Shown here piece by piece: positions 17,101 to 25,201 of a stretch of DNA of 64,000 nt. The stretch covers positions 102 through 64,101 of the forward strand of contig DATEDO010000105.1 of assembly GCA_035281625.1 (NCBI GenBank). Direction: 5' to 3'. Every line of letters starts with the position of its first letter. Positions within the stretch are counted from its first letter, which is position 1. The translations under genes and the position numbers were made by a program. The DNA is from Candidatus Methylomirabilota bacterium (lineage in GTDB: Bacteria > Methylomirabilota > Methylomirabilia > Rokubacteriales > CSP1-6). The notes beneath the pieces are model-generated. The model saw only the letters and a list, made by a program, of their open reading frames with translations, had not been told where the DNA came from and did no database searches.

Positions 17101-18132
17101 CGTCATCTGGTTGAATTCGTCGGCGAGGGTTTCCAGCTCGTCGCCGCTGCGCAGATCGATGCGGTGGCCGAGGTCGCCGGCGCCGATCTTGGCCGCGCTC
17201 TCCTGGAGCACCTGGATGGGCCGGGCCATGCGCCGGCCGAGGAAGGCGCTCACCACCACCGAGAGCACGATGCCCGCGACCACCAGGATGCCGGTGCTCC
17301 GGGCGGACGCGCGCAGCGGCTCGAATGCCTCCTCCAGCGGCTGCTCGACGAACACCACCCAGCCCAGCGGCCCGATCGTCGAGTGGGCGGTGAGCACCTC
17401 GCGGCCCTTGGGGTCGCGCGCGATCGTCACCGGCTCGTGGCCCGGCGTGAGCGCGGCCTTCACCTGCTCGAGATTCGCGAGGCTGGTCTTCTGGAGCACC
17501 ACGCTGATGTCGGGGTGCGCGATGAGGACGCCGTTGCGGTCCACCGTGTAGGCCAGGCCGGCCTTGCCGATCTTGATCTGCGAGATCACGTCCAGGATGA
17601 ACTTGAGGTTGATCTCGGCGACGGTGACGCCGCCGCCGCTCTGGGGCATGGCGATGCTCATGTAGGGCTCGGAGTCCTTGCGGAAGTACACCGGCCCGAA
17701 GTACGTGCGCCCCTTCTTGGCCTCCAGGAACCGGGGGTCCTGGGAGTAGTCGGTCTGGCTGGCCACCACCTCCATGGCCAGCCGCGAGATGCGGAGCTGC
17801 TCCCGCCCCAGGCTGTCGAGATGGCTCAGCTCGGTGATGGGCTGCACCTGGCGCTGGAGCCGGTAGGAGTCCTGACGGCGCTGATCCAGGGCCGCCGGCG
17901 AGGCCACGGGATGCGTGGTCCAGCCGAGCTGACGCTCGATCTCCTTCACGAAGGTCTCGATCCGCGAGGCGGCGGCGCGGGCCTTCTCGGCCTGCAGGGC
18001 GACGAGGGCGGCCTTGCTCTCGTTGTAGGACGTGTAGAGCTGGACGGCGCCGCTGGCGAGGAGCGCGCCGGTGACGAGGGCGACCAGGGCGACCACGTAC
18101 TTCCGCGACAGCCGGCGGCGCGTGCCCATCAT
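14176..18132 (-). CDS. Sensor histidine kinase: TM-Cache-like-TM-HAMP, four GAF domains, HisKA, HATPase_c
   Basis: Start trimmed to ATG 18132 (MMGTRRRLSRKY, then a TM helix), 4 nt after the upstream stop. H-box SHELRTPLN; G-box GTGLGLALA. Confidence 0.92.
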   Translation of the reverse strand: MMGTRRRLSRKYVVALVALVTGALLASGAVQLYTSYNESKAALVALQAEKARAAASRIETFVKEIERQLGWTTHPVASPAALDQRRQDSYRLQRQVQPITELSHLDSLGREQLRISRLAMEVVASQTDYSQDPRFLEAKKGRTYFGPVYFRKDSEPYMSIAMPQSGGGVTVAEINLKFILDVISQIKIGKAGLAYTVDRNGVLIAHPDISVVLQKTSLANLEQVKAALTPGHEPVTIARDPKGREVLTAHSTIGPLGWVVFVEQPLEEAFEPLRASARSTGILVVAGIVLSVVVSAFLGRRMARPIQVLQESAAKIGAGDLGHRIDLRSGDELETLADEFNQMTGRLRESYATLEQKVEDRTRELSESLEQQTATAEILRVISSSPTDVQPVFDSIAAKALDLCRATTGWVYRFDGELIHIAASHSLRPEAVEVVRRSYPMPPSREGATTRAVLSRTVVYIPDIREDTEYRLDALAQAAAYLSVLAVPMLLDGKPIGVLTVTGAEAGAFSPRQIALLQTFADQAVIAIENVRLFKELEEKNRTITEALEQQTSTAEILRVISSSPTDVQPVFATVLSSAVRLCGAQFGGVFRFEGGLVHFVTSHQWPPPQLEVVRQRFPMPPGDGSLAARAIRDRQVVQTADYMAEPGVQARWIGDNPERPRGTVAVPMLREGSPLGCIVLARGEPGLFSDEHLALLQTFADQAVIAIENVRLFKELEEKNRTITEALEQQTATAEILRVISSSPTDVKPVLEAVAETAARLCDANDAQIWQVEGDEIVVVTQYGPIPSYVPTRAPLDHEYIFARAVLERRVINLPDLAALVDTEYPAHKAAQARTGTRSLLAVPLLREGAGIGAVVIRRTQVRPFTDAQIALLQTFADQAVIAIENVRLFTELQSRTAELTRSVGELQALGEVGRAISSTLDLEVVLAAIVARANQLAETDGGAIYEFDAATQAFRLWATDRFPDDFVAALRATTLVYGEGAVGRAAATRAPVQVADVGDTHAYESRIRAALLRFGYRSLLAVPLVSEDEVVGALVVNRRVAGEFPPRIVELLSTFATQSALAIQNARLFSEIEDKGRQLEVANQHKSEFLASVSHELRTPLNAIIGFSEVMLERLFGEVNEKQEEYLQDILSSGRHLLSLINDILDLAKIEAGRMELEAGDFDLPQAIDDTLVLVRERALRRSITVERAVDPRLGEISGDERKIKQVLLNLLSNAVKFTPEGGRIDVRAAVANGTAEISVTDTGVGIAPEDHEAVFEEFRQVGTDYARKHEGTGLGLALARKFVELHGGRIWVKSQVGQGSTFTFTIPISRGHHGG
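15440..17045 (-). repeat. Intragenic tandem duplication (period about 540 nt) of GAF modules and their linkers
   Basis: 15901-16060 and 16441-16600 are near-identical at the nucleotide level. The protein motif LLQTFADQAVIAIENVRLF(K/T)EL occurs 3 times, and LEQQT(A/S)TAEILRVISSSPTDV occurs 3 times. Confidence 0.9.
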
Positions 18133-18136
18133 GGCG

Positions 18137-19597
18137 TCATCTCGCCAGCCGCTCCGCGCGGAGGGCGGTGCGCCGCACCTTGCCGTCGTCGCCGCGCAGG
18201 GGCGTCGTGACGAACTCGTAGGTGCGCGGGCGCTTGTACTTGGCGAGCCGCTCGGCGAGGAAGCCCTCGAGCGCGTGGCCGTCCAGCCCGCCCTGCGCCT
18301 GCACGATGGCGTGCACGGCATTGCCGTACTCGTCGTCGGGCAGGCCGATCACGCACGACGACGCGACCGCCGGGTGCTCGTCGAGCGCGGCCTCGATCTC
18401 GGCCGGATAGACGTTGGCGCCGCCCACCAGGATCATGTCGGTGTCGCGATCGCTCAGGTAGACGTAGCCCTCCGCGTCGATCCGTCCCATGTCCCCGAGC
18501 GACTCCCAGCCGTCGTCCCGCGCCTTCGGCGTCGCGCCGACGTAACGGTAGGGCGGCGGCGCGTCCGGGCCCCGGCGCATCCAGATCTCCCCCACCTCGC
18601 CCGGCGGCAGCGCGCGGCCGTCGCGATCGAGCACCCGCATCTCGCCCAGCACGGGACGGCCCACCGAGCCGCGGTGGGTCAGCCACTCCTCGCCCGAGAT
18701 CACCGTGAAGGACTGCGCCTCGGTTCCGCCGTAGAGCTCGAGGACGCGCTCGGCGCCGAGCCACCCGATCCACGCGTCCTTCAGCCACACCGGACACGGC
18801 GCCGCCATGTGCATGACGACCTTCAGGCTGGAAAGGTCGTGGCTCGTGCGCTCGGCCTCGGGCAGGCGCCAGATCCGGTGGAGCATGGTGGGCACCGCGT
18901 ACATCCAGTCCACGCGATGCCGCTCCACGAGCTCGAGGGCGTGGGCGGGGTCGAAGCGCGGCATCACGACCAGGTGGTTGCCGTTGAGGAGAGCGAGGAG
19001 CGACGTCACGAAGGGCCCGTTGTGATAGAGCGGCCCCGTGACGAGATGCACGCCGTCCGCGGGAATGCGAAGGAGCGCGGCGAATCCGCAGATCGCCTCC
19101 CAGGTCGCCGCCTGGGTGGCCACGATGAGCTTCGGCCGGCCCGTGCTGCCGCCCGAGGTGGGCGCCTTGAAGGAGGCGGCGACGGCCGGAGGCAGCGGCT
19201 CCGCCGAGAGCCCGGGATCGGGCTCGAAGCCCGCGGGCACCGTGGCGCGCCCCGTCGCTTCGCCGGGATCGACGCCTACCACCAGCGAGGGGTTCGCCAG
19301 CTCGATGATGGCGCGGCGCTCGGCCGCGGGCAGGCGCGACGAGATGGGCTGCGGGGTCGCGCCGAGCTTCCACGTCGCCACCATGGCCTCGTAGAACGCC
19401 GGCCCATTCGGGAGACCGATGGTCACGAACGAGTCGCGCGTGACGCCCCGCGCCGCGAAGGCCCGCGCCAGGCGGTTCGACCGCGCCTCGAGCTCCGCGC
19501 GGGTGAGGGTGTGGCCCTCGCACGTGATGGCGGGGCGGCGCGGCTCGGCGGCCGCGAGCGCGCCGATCTGGACGCCGAGCGGCGTCTCGTCGCTCAT
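18137..19597 (-). CDS. AMP-dependent acyl-CoA synthetase/ligase
   Basis: TSGGSTGRPK AMP-binding motif, GEIWMRG, and YKRP near the C-terminus. AGGAGG RBS. Confidence 0.92.
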   Translation of the reverse strand: MSDETPLGVQIGALAAAEPRRPAITCEGHTLTRAELEARSNRLARAFAARGVTRDSFVTIGLPNGPAFYEAMVATWKLGATPQPISSRLPAAERRAIIELANPSLVVGVDPGEATGRATVPAGFEPDPGLSAEPLPPAVAASFKAPTSGGSTGRPKLIVATQAATWEAICGFAALLRIPADGVHLVTGPLYHNGPFVTSLLALLNGNHLVVMPRFDPAHALELVERHRVDWMYAVPTMLHRIWRLPEAERTSHDLSSLKVVMHMAAPCPVWLKDAWIGWLGAERVLELYGGTEAQSFTVISGEEWLTHRGSVGRPVLGEMRVLDRDGRALPPGEVGEIWMRRGPDAPPPYRYVGATPKARDDGWESLGDMGRIDAEGYVYLSDRDTDMILVGGANVYPAEIEAALDEHPAVASSCVIGLPDDEYGNAVHAIVQAQGGLDGHALEGFLAERLAKYKRPRTYEFVTTPLRGDDGKVRRTALRAERLAR

Positions 19598-19608
19598 GCC
19601 CGGCTCGC

Positions 19609-19917
19609 CTACCTCCTTACGTTGAAGAAGAGCTCGCGCGACGCGCGGCGGGTGTCGATGCGGGCGCGCCCCGTGGCCACCAGGACATACAGCACGTTCA
19701 GCGCGGCCAGCGCGGAGGGGACTCCGCGCCGGCTTCGCGTGTACACCATGCGGGCGGTGAGCCCTCGCCGCCCCCGCAGCCGGCGATGGAGACGCTCCAC
19801 GGTGGCCTTGCCCACCATGTTGAAGTAGCCGGCGTCCCGCTTGCTGGTGGAGAGCGACATCACGAAATACTGCCGAGGGCTCGACAGCACGTAGTAGTGC
19901 TGGCGCTTGCCCTCCAC
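19609..19917 (-). CDS. Hypothetical protein (102 aa from GTG; start uncertain)
   Basis: High GC3 coding pattern. Sits between the MaoC and acyl-CoA synthetase genes. No family recognised. Confidence 0.5.
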   Translation of the reverse strand: MEGKRQHYYVLSSPRQYFVMSLSTSKRDAGYFNMVGKATVERLHRRLRGRRGLTARMVYTRSRRGVPSALAALNVLYVLVATGRARIDTRRASRELFFNVRR

Positions 19918-19978
19918 CTCGCCGTGGAACTCGAGCCCCTTCGTGAGGCTATCGACGCTGAGCTTCAGGGGGCCCTCC

Positions 19979-20848
19979 TCACCCGAGCTCGCCCTGCGCG
20001 CTCATCGCCACCGTGCCCTCCGGCGTCACCGCCCACAGCTCGCAGCCGCGCCCGTCGGCGAGCGGCCGGCCCCGGAGCTCGAGCGGCGCGCCCACGAAGA
20101 GAGGCGCCCGGGCCTGCGTGGTGTAGGTCCGGAGCGCGCGTCCGGGGTTCGAGTCGCGCGCGAAGTCGATCAGCAGCGTCGAGGTCAGGGGGCCGTGGAC
20201 CACCAGATCGGGATAGCCCTCCACGTCCACCGCCCACGAGCGGTCGTAGTGGATGCGATGGCTGTTGAACGTGAGGGCGGAGAAGCGGAACAACAAGACA
20301 GGATCCGGCTCCAGGCGCCGCCGCCACGCCACGTCGGCGGGCGCCGGCTCCCGCCGCGGCGCCTGATTGCGCTCCCCGGGCTTGACCTCCTCGCGGAACA
20401 CGGTGCGGCGCTCCTCCTCGACGGCGAGGCCGTCGGGCCCGAAGATCCGGCTCACCACCGTGGCGAAGACGAGCGTGCCGGTACCGCCGGGCTTGGCCGA
20501 GATGCCGGTCAGCTCGGTCTCGCGGCGCAGCGCGTCGCCGATGCGGATGGGCCGGTGGAAGCGGAAGCGCTCGCCCGCGAACATGCGCCGGGGCAAGGGC
20601 ATCGGGGGCACCACCCCCGCGTCGCGGGGGCTCCCGTCGGGCCGCAGCTCGTCGGGGCCGAAGCGCGGCAGGAAGTAGAGGATGTGCCAGCCCGGCGGCA
20701 GGGCGTCGCCGGCCTTGAGCTCGGGCCCTCCCCGGCCGAAGGTCAGGCGCAGCAGGTTGGCGGGCGCCGCGGTGACGACGTCCGTGGACTCCTGGCGCCG
20801 CCCCACATGGGTCTTGAGGGAGTCGAGGTCCAGCTCGGTGTTCGCCAT
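19979..20848 (-). CDS. Double hot-dog MaoC-family (R)-hydratase/dehydratase (mesaconyl/itaconyl-CoA hydratase-like)
   Basis: FSALTFNSHRIHYD and VVHGPL motifs. The length fits an N-terminal FAS1-like half plus a C-terminal MaoC half. Confidence 0.8.
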   Translation of the reverse strand: MANTELDLDSLKTHVGRRQESTDVVTAAPANLLRLTFGRGGPELKAGDALPPGWHILYFLPRFGPDELRPDGSPRDAGVVPPMPLPRRMFAGERFRFHRPIRIGDALRRETELTGISAKPGGTGTLVFATVVSRIFGPDGLAVEEERRTVFREEVKPGERNQAPRREPAPADVAWRRRLEPDPVLLFRFSALTFNSHRIHYDRSWAVDVEGYPDLVVHGPLTSTLLIDFARDSNPGRALRTYTTQARAPLFVGAPLELRGRPLADGRGCELWAVTPEGTVAMSAQGELG

Positions 20849-20905
20849 GGCGGAACACTAGCATGGGCGGCGGGGGAATTCCGACCCGCGCTAGACTGTT
20901 CGCCG

Positions 20906-21634
20906 ATGCGCGCTCTCGTGCTCCTGGCCCTGGCCGCCGCCGCGCTGCTCCCCGCCTGCTCCGCGCTGGAGCGGGCGCGCGCGCCGTACTGGGAGCTGTC
21001 CAGCGATCCGACTGGCCAGGCGCCCGACCCCGCCACCACGGCCGAGCCGGTCGTGCAGGTCTACGCCGCCCGCACCGTGGGATGGCGCGGGCTGCTCGCC
21101 GTGCATTCCTGGATCGTGGTGAAGCGCAACGGGGCCCCCGCCTACACGCGCTACGAGGTCATGGGCTGGGGCGTGTCCCAGGGGCGGAGCGCCATTCGCC
21201 TGAACCGGGCGGGGCCCGACAATCACTGGTTCGGCGGCCGGCCCGATCGCCTGGTGGATCTCCGCGGGCCGGATGTGGAGGTCTTGATCGACCGGATCGA
21301 GGCGGCGGTGAAGTCCTATCCCTATCCCGACTCGTACCGCTCGTGGCCGGGCCCCAACAGCAACACCTTCGTCGCCCATATCGGGCGCGAGGTGCCGGAG
21401 CTACGGCTCGATCTGCCGCCCACCGCCATCGGCAAGGATTTCCTCACCAGCGGGCACCTGGCGGGCCGGGCGCCCAGCGGCACCGGCGTGCAGCTCTCGT
21501 GGTTCGGCCTCGGCGGGGTGCTCCTCGGCTGGGAAGAAGGCCTCGAGCTGAACGTGCTCGGGCTCTCCATCGGCCTGGACCTGAACCGCCCCGCGCTGCG
21601 ACTGCCCGCGGTGGGGCGGGTGGGGTTTCCCTGA
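20906..21634 (+). CDS. DUF3750-like lipoprotein
   Basis: Only the last 243 codons of track ORF 19907..21634 are real. Signal peptide with lipobox LLPAC. AVHSWIVVK...YPDSYRSWPGPNSNTFVAHI is typical of the family as I remember it. Confidence 0.75.
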   Translation: MRALVLLALAAAALLPACSALERARAPYWELSSDPTGQAPDPATTAEPVVQVYAARTVGWRGLLAVHSWIVVKRNGAPAYTRYEVMGWGVSQGRSAIRLNRAGPDNHWFGGRPDRLVDLRGPDVEVLIDRIEAAVKSYPYPDSYRSWPGPNSNTFVAHIGREVPELRLDLPPTAIGKDFLTSGHLAGRAPSGTGVQLSWFGLGGVLLGWEEGLELNVLGLSIGLDLNRPALRLPAVGRVGFP

Positions 21635-21641
21635 GCGGCGC

Positions 21642-22073
21642 TCAGTCGCCCTTCGGCACCCGCTTGGCCAGCACGCTCGCCAGGGCCTCCGGCTTGAAGC
21701 CGATCTGCAGGAGCGCGACGCCCACGTCCGCGTACTCGCGGTAGGCGCTGATCTTGCCGCCCTCCAGGTCGAACACGCTCATGCCCTTGAAGGAAACCGG
21801 GCGGCCGGCGCTGCGCGGGATGGCGTCGGACACCGTGTAGCGGAAGCGCCACTCGCCGGCGGCGCGGCGACCGTCCTCCACCACGGTGTCGAAGCGCCAC
21901 TCGTACCCCCGGCCCTCGCGGAACATGCGCTCGAACATCTCGCGCAGGGCCTCGCGGCCCTTGTGGGGCCCGAAGAAGATGTCGTCGTAGGTGCCGTTCT
22001 CGGTGAAGAGACCTACGAGCCCCTTCACGTCGTTACGGTTGAAGGCGTCGGTGAAGCGATGGACGATGCTCAT
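21642..22073 (-). CDS. SnoaL/NTF2-like fold protein
   Basis: FTDAFNRNDVKGLVGLFTENGTY... pattern. ATGA overlap with the upstream gene. Confidence 0.8.
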   Translation of the reverse strand: MSIVHRFTDAFNRNDVKGLVGLFTENGTYDDIFFGPHKGREALREMFERMFREGRGYEWRFDTVVEDGRRAAGEWRFRYTVSDAIPRSAGRPVSFKGMSVFDLEGGKISAYREYADVGVALLQIGFKPEALASVLAKRVPKGD

Positions 22074-22552
22074 GGCGTTTCCTCCAGGAGACGGGGCACC
22101 ACCTTCTCCAGACAGCGGGCGATCTCGTCCCGGCAGTAGCGGAACGCCTCTTCTCCCTGCCCCGCCGGATCCTCGATGTCGCCCCGCTCACCGGCCCATT
22201 CCCGAAGCGTCACCATGGGCCGGCCGGCCGCCTCGCCGAAGGCGGCCAGCATCTCCTTCTGCCGCCCCGTCATCGTGACGATGAGGTCGGCCTCGGCGAT
22301 GAGATAGCGGTGTCGCTTCAGGTCGATGGAGGTCATGTCGTCCTCGGCGAGGTGGACGCCGATCTCCTTCAGGGCCAGCCGCGCGTCCAGCGAGGGCAGC
22401 ATCCCGTCGCGCGCATACGCGGCGATGCCGCCGGAGCGGATCCGGAAGCCGTCCCCGGCGTCGCGGTCGGCCAGCATCTTCTCCAGCAGGACCTGCGCGA
22501 TCACGCTGCGGGCGGTGTTGGCGTGGCAGACCACCAGGACATTCTTCCTCAT
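22070..22552 (-). CDS. Low-molecular-weight protein tyrosine phosphatase
   Basis: VLVVCHANTARS (CX5R(S/T) P-loop) and a DP general-acid motif (IEDPAG). Start ATG 22552 overlaps the upstream stop. Confidence 0.88.
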   Translation of the reverse strand: MRKNVLVVCHANTARSVIAQVLLEKMLADRDAGDGFRIRSGGIAAYARDGMLPSLDARLALKEIGVHLAEDDMTSIDLKRHRYLIAEADLIVTMTGRQKEMLAAFGEAAGRPMVTLREWAGERGDIEDPAGQGEEAFRYCRDEIARCLEKVVPRLLEETP

Positions 22553-23631
22553 CCCTCGGAGCGGGCTCCGGTGTCGGCGAGGGGGCGGTAGTAGGGATTC
22601 CCCTTCGCCGCCCACTCCTGGCGCATGGCGCGAAACTCGGGACCCATGGGATCGGCGCCGCGCATCGGCATGGTCCCCCGCCGGATGGTGAAATCGTGCG
22701 GCGCCAGCTCGCCGCCGCGCGCGAAGTGCCGCGCCGCCGCCTCCGGCTTGCCCGCGCGGTACAGCCACTCGCCGAGCCCGAACTCCGCCCGCGCCTGCTG
22801 ATCGGCATCGCTCGGCAGGGGCTGGAGCGCGCGGGCGGAGAGTCCGGCGGGCAGCGCCGCCGCCTCGCCCTTCACCCAGGCGCGCAGGGCGGTCAGATGC
22901 CGCGCCGACTCGAGCCCGGTAATGTGCTTGAAGGTGTCCGTGCCGAAGGCGACGTCGTTGGGCCGGACGATGCGGCCCGCCTCGTCGATCCAGAACACGG
23001 TGGGGACGTTCACGATGTTGTAGAGATCGGCGAGGCGATGCTCGGTATCCACCAGCGCGGGATGCATCGCCTCCGGACGGCTGGGCTTGGCGGCCTCGAT
23101 CCAGGGCCGCGCGTCCTCCGCGCTCTTGTCCAGCGCCACCGTGATCACGGCGAAGCCGCGGCTGCCCAGCTCCTCGTGGACGGCCTGCCAGACCGGCAGG
23201 TCGAGACGGCAGCCTCACCACGAGGCGTGCGCGACGAGCAGCACCTTCTTGCCGCGATGGTCGCGGAGCGAGTGCCGGCGCCCGGCGAGATCGGGCAGCG
23301 TGAAGTCCGGCGCCTCCAGCGCGGCGAGCGGACGCGCGCGCTCCGCCGCCGCCACGCCGAGGAAGGCGGCGCGCTCCGCCACGTCGACGGCCAGCGGACG
23401 GCCCAGCGCGGTGGCCACCCCGGCCAGATCGACCCCGTCGGCGGATTCCACCGGCGCCCCGCGCACGGGCACGCACATCGCGTCACGGCACAAGCCCTCC
23501 GGCTTGAGCGCCCACCCGATCGCGCGCTCGAGGGCCTCCCGGGAGAGGCGCACCGCGCCGTCGCGTACCCGCGCCGGCACCGCGGTCGGCCGGCCATCGT
23601 CGATGATCGTGAACGTCGCGTCGTCGGCCAT
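22549..23631 (-). CDS. Thioredoxin-fold (TlpA/ResA-like redoxin) protein with in-frame TGA at the active-site position: selenoprotein candidate
   Basis: Track ORFs 23215..23925 and 22549..23148 share a frame and are split only by TGA 23215-23217. Read-through gives KKVLLVAHASW-U-GCRLDLPVWQAVHEELGSRGFAVITVALD. AGGAG RBS precedes ATG 23631. Confidence 0.7.
23184..23200 (-). other. Putative bacterial SECIS-like hairpin downstream of UGA 23215-23217
   Basis: The RNA CCUGCC-GGUCU-GGCAGG has a 6-bp stem and a G-rich 5-nt loop. The stem begins 14 nt after the UGA and the loop about 20 nt after it. Confidence 0.5.
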
Positions 23632-23657
23632 CGGCCTCGCTCCTCGCTGGAATTCCC

Positions 23658-24290
23658 TCAGCGCCACGCCCACACGGGCTGCTCGAAATGATACACGCGG
23701 GTGGGGCGCCCGTGGATCACGACCTCGTGCGTCTGATACACCACCGCCGCGGTGGGCGCGTGGACCAGGGTGTCCAGGATGGGAAGCTGGATGACCGGTC
23801 GATCGCTCTCCGGGATGGCCACCAGGCGCGGCACGTCGGGCCGCTCCAGCTCGTCGAAGGCCACGAGGTGCACGCTCGCCACCTCGGCGGGATTCGGCGC
23901 GAGCGCCGCCGCGGGGCCGCCCCACACCACCACCGGCGTGATGAGGAAGCCGGACCGGGTCCCGTAGTCGTCGAGGGTCCCCAGCACCGCGTCGCCCTCG
24001 ACGCGGAGGCCCACCTCCTCGCGTAGCTCGCGCAACGCCGCGTCCACCGCGCTCTCACCGCGGTCGAGGCGGCCGCCGGGCAGCGCCCACTGCCGCGCGT
24101 GCGCGCGCAGGCCGGCGGCGCGGCGGGTGATGAGAAAGCACGCGCGCCCGGCATCGTCGGGCATGAGCACCACCGCCACCGCGGCGGGCCGGAGGCCGTC
24201 GGCGGAGGCGTGGCGCCGGTCGAACCCCGCGAGGTGCTGCCGCGCGCGCTCGCGAAGCGCGTCCTCGAAGCGGTGCGGGGCGGCGGACAT
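23658..24290 (-). CDS. NUDIX hydrolase (CoA pyrophosphatase-like)
   Basis: Nudix box GGRLDRGESAVDAALRELREEVGL. Start is either 24290 or 24305. Confidence 0.88.
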   Translation of the reverse strand: MSAAPHRFEDALRERARQHLAGFDRRHASADGLRPAAVAVVLMPDDAGRACFLITRRAAGLRAHARQWALPGGRLDRGESAVDAALRELREEVGLRVEGDAVLGTLDDYGTRSGFLITPVVVWGGPAAALAPNPAEVASVHLVAFDELERPDVPRLVAIPESDRPVIQLPILDTLVHAPTAAVVYQTHEVVIHGRPTRVYHFEQPVWAWR

Positions 24291-24331
24291 ACCCCTGCAC
24301 GACACCCCATCTCGGGAGTAGTGTCAAGCTC

Positions 24332-25192
24332 ATGGCCATCAAGCTCGGGCTCTTCTCGATGAACCAGGACGCCTGCAGCCACCCCGACGCGGCGGCGCGC
24401 GTGGCGCGGGCCGCGGAGGCCGCGGGCTTCGAGTCGCTCTGGTGCGGCGAGCACGTGGTGCTCCCCGACCCGCAGGCGCCCCCCTCGCCGATGGCCCCGG
24501 GCGATCGCATTCTCGATCCCCTCGTGGCCCTCAGTTTCCTCGCCGCGCACACCGATCGCGTGCGCCTCGGCACCGGCATCATCATCGTGCCGCAGCGCAA
24601 TCCCGTGGTGCTGGCCAAGGAGCTGGCGAGCCTGGACGTGCTCTCGAACGGCCGGCTCATCTTCGGCATCGGCGTGGGGTATCTCGAGCCGGAGTTCCGC
24701 GCCATCGGCGCGCCCTTCGCGCAGCGCGGCGCCGTCACCGACGAGTACGTGGAGGCGATGCAGGCCCTGTGGACGCAGGAGCGTCCCGCGTTCAAGGGGC
24801 GCTTCGCCGCCTTCGACAAGGTGCAGGCGCATCCGCAGCCGCGGCAGCGCGGCGGGCCGCCCATCGTGGTCGGCGGCCGAACGACCGCGGCGTTTCGTAG
24901 AGCGGTCACGCGCGGTCACGGCTGGTACGGGTTCGGCCTCGACGTGGAGGGCGCGGAGAAGGCGCTCGCCGGCCTGCGCGAGGCGGCGGCGCGCGCCGCG
25001 CGTCCCGCCGCGCTCGGTCCGCTCGAGCTCTCGCTGACGCCGCGCGGCTTCGGCCTCGACCGGGCGATGGCCGAGCGCTACGCGGCGCTGGGCGTCCACC
25101 GCCTCGTCCTCCGGCCCCCCAAGGATCTCGACGTCGCGGGCCTCGAGGACTTCGTGCGCCGCGCGGGCGATGACCTGGTCGGGCGGGTGTGA
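24332..25192 (+). CDS. LLM-class F420-dependent oxidoreductase
   Basis: ESLWCGEHVV...NGRLIFGIGVGY...PPIVVGG pattern. Confidence 0.88.
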   Translation: MAIKLGLFSMNQDACSHPDAAARVARAAEAAGFESLWCGEHVVLPDPQAPPSPMAPGDRILDPLVALSFLAAHTDRVRLGTGIIIVPQRNPVVLAKELASLDVLSNGRLIFGIGVGYLEPEFRAIGAPFAQRGAVTDEYVEAMQALWTQERPAFKGRFAAFDKVQAHPQPRQRGGPPIVVGGRTTAAFRRAVTRGHGWYGFGLDVEGAEKALAGLREAAARAARPAALGPLELSLTPRGFGLDRAMAERYAALGVHRLVLRPPKDLDVAGLEDFVRRAGDDLVGRV

Positions 25193-25201
25193 GCGCCCGT
25201 C

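Noticed and set aside
19907-20905. N-terminal 333 codons of track ORF 19907..21634
   Set aside because: They are antisense to the MaoC gene. The real product starts at ATG 20906 with a lipoprotein signal peptide.
22070-22552. LMW-PTP as a thioredoxin-coupled arsenate reductase (ArsC), which would have explained the neighbouring redoxin
   Set aside because: The CX5R loop is present, but the two downstream Cys residues of Bacillus/Staphylococcus-type ArsC (around positions 82 and 89) are absent. A DP general-acid motif typical of true phosphatases is present.
23215-23217. The two in-frame TGAs (here and at 58142..58144) as plain nonsense mutations or pseudogenes
   Set aside because: This is not fully excluded. 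I consider it less likely for four reasons. Both stops fall exactly on a redox-motif Cys position. The downstream frames stay open and look conserved. Both have a hairpin at SECIS distance. The downstream pieces lack their own RBS.
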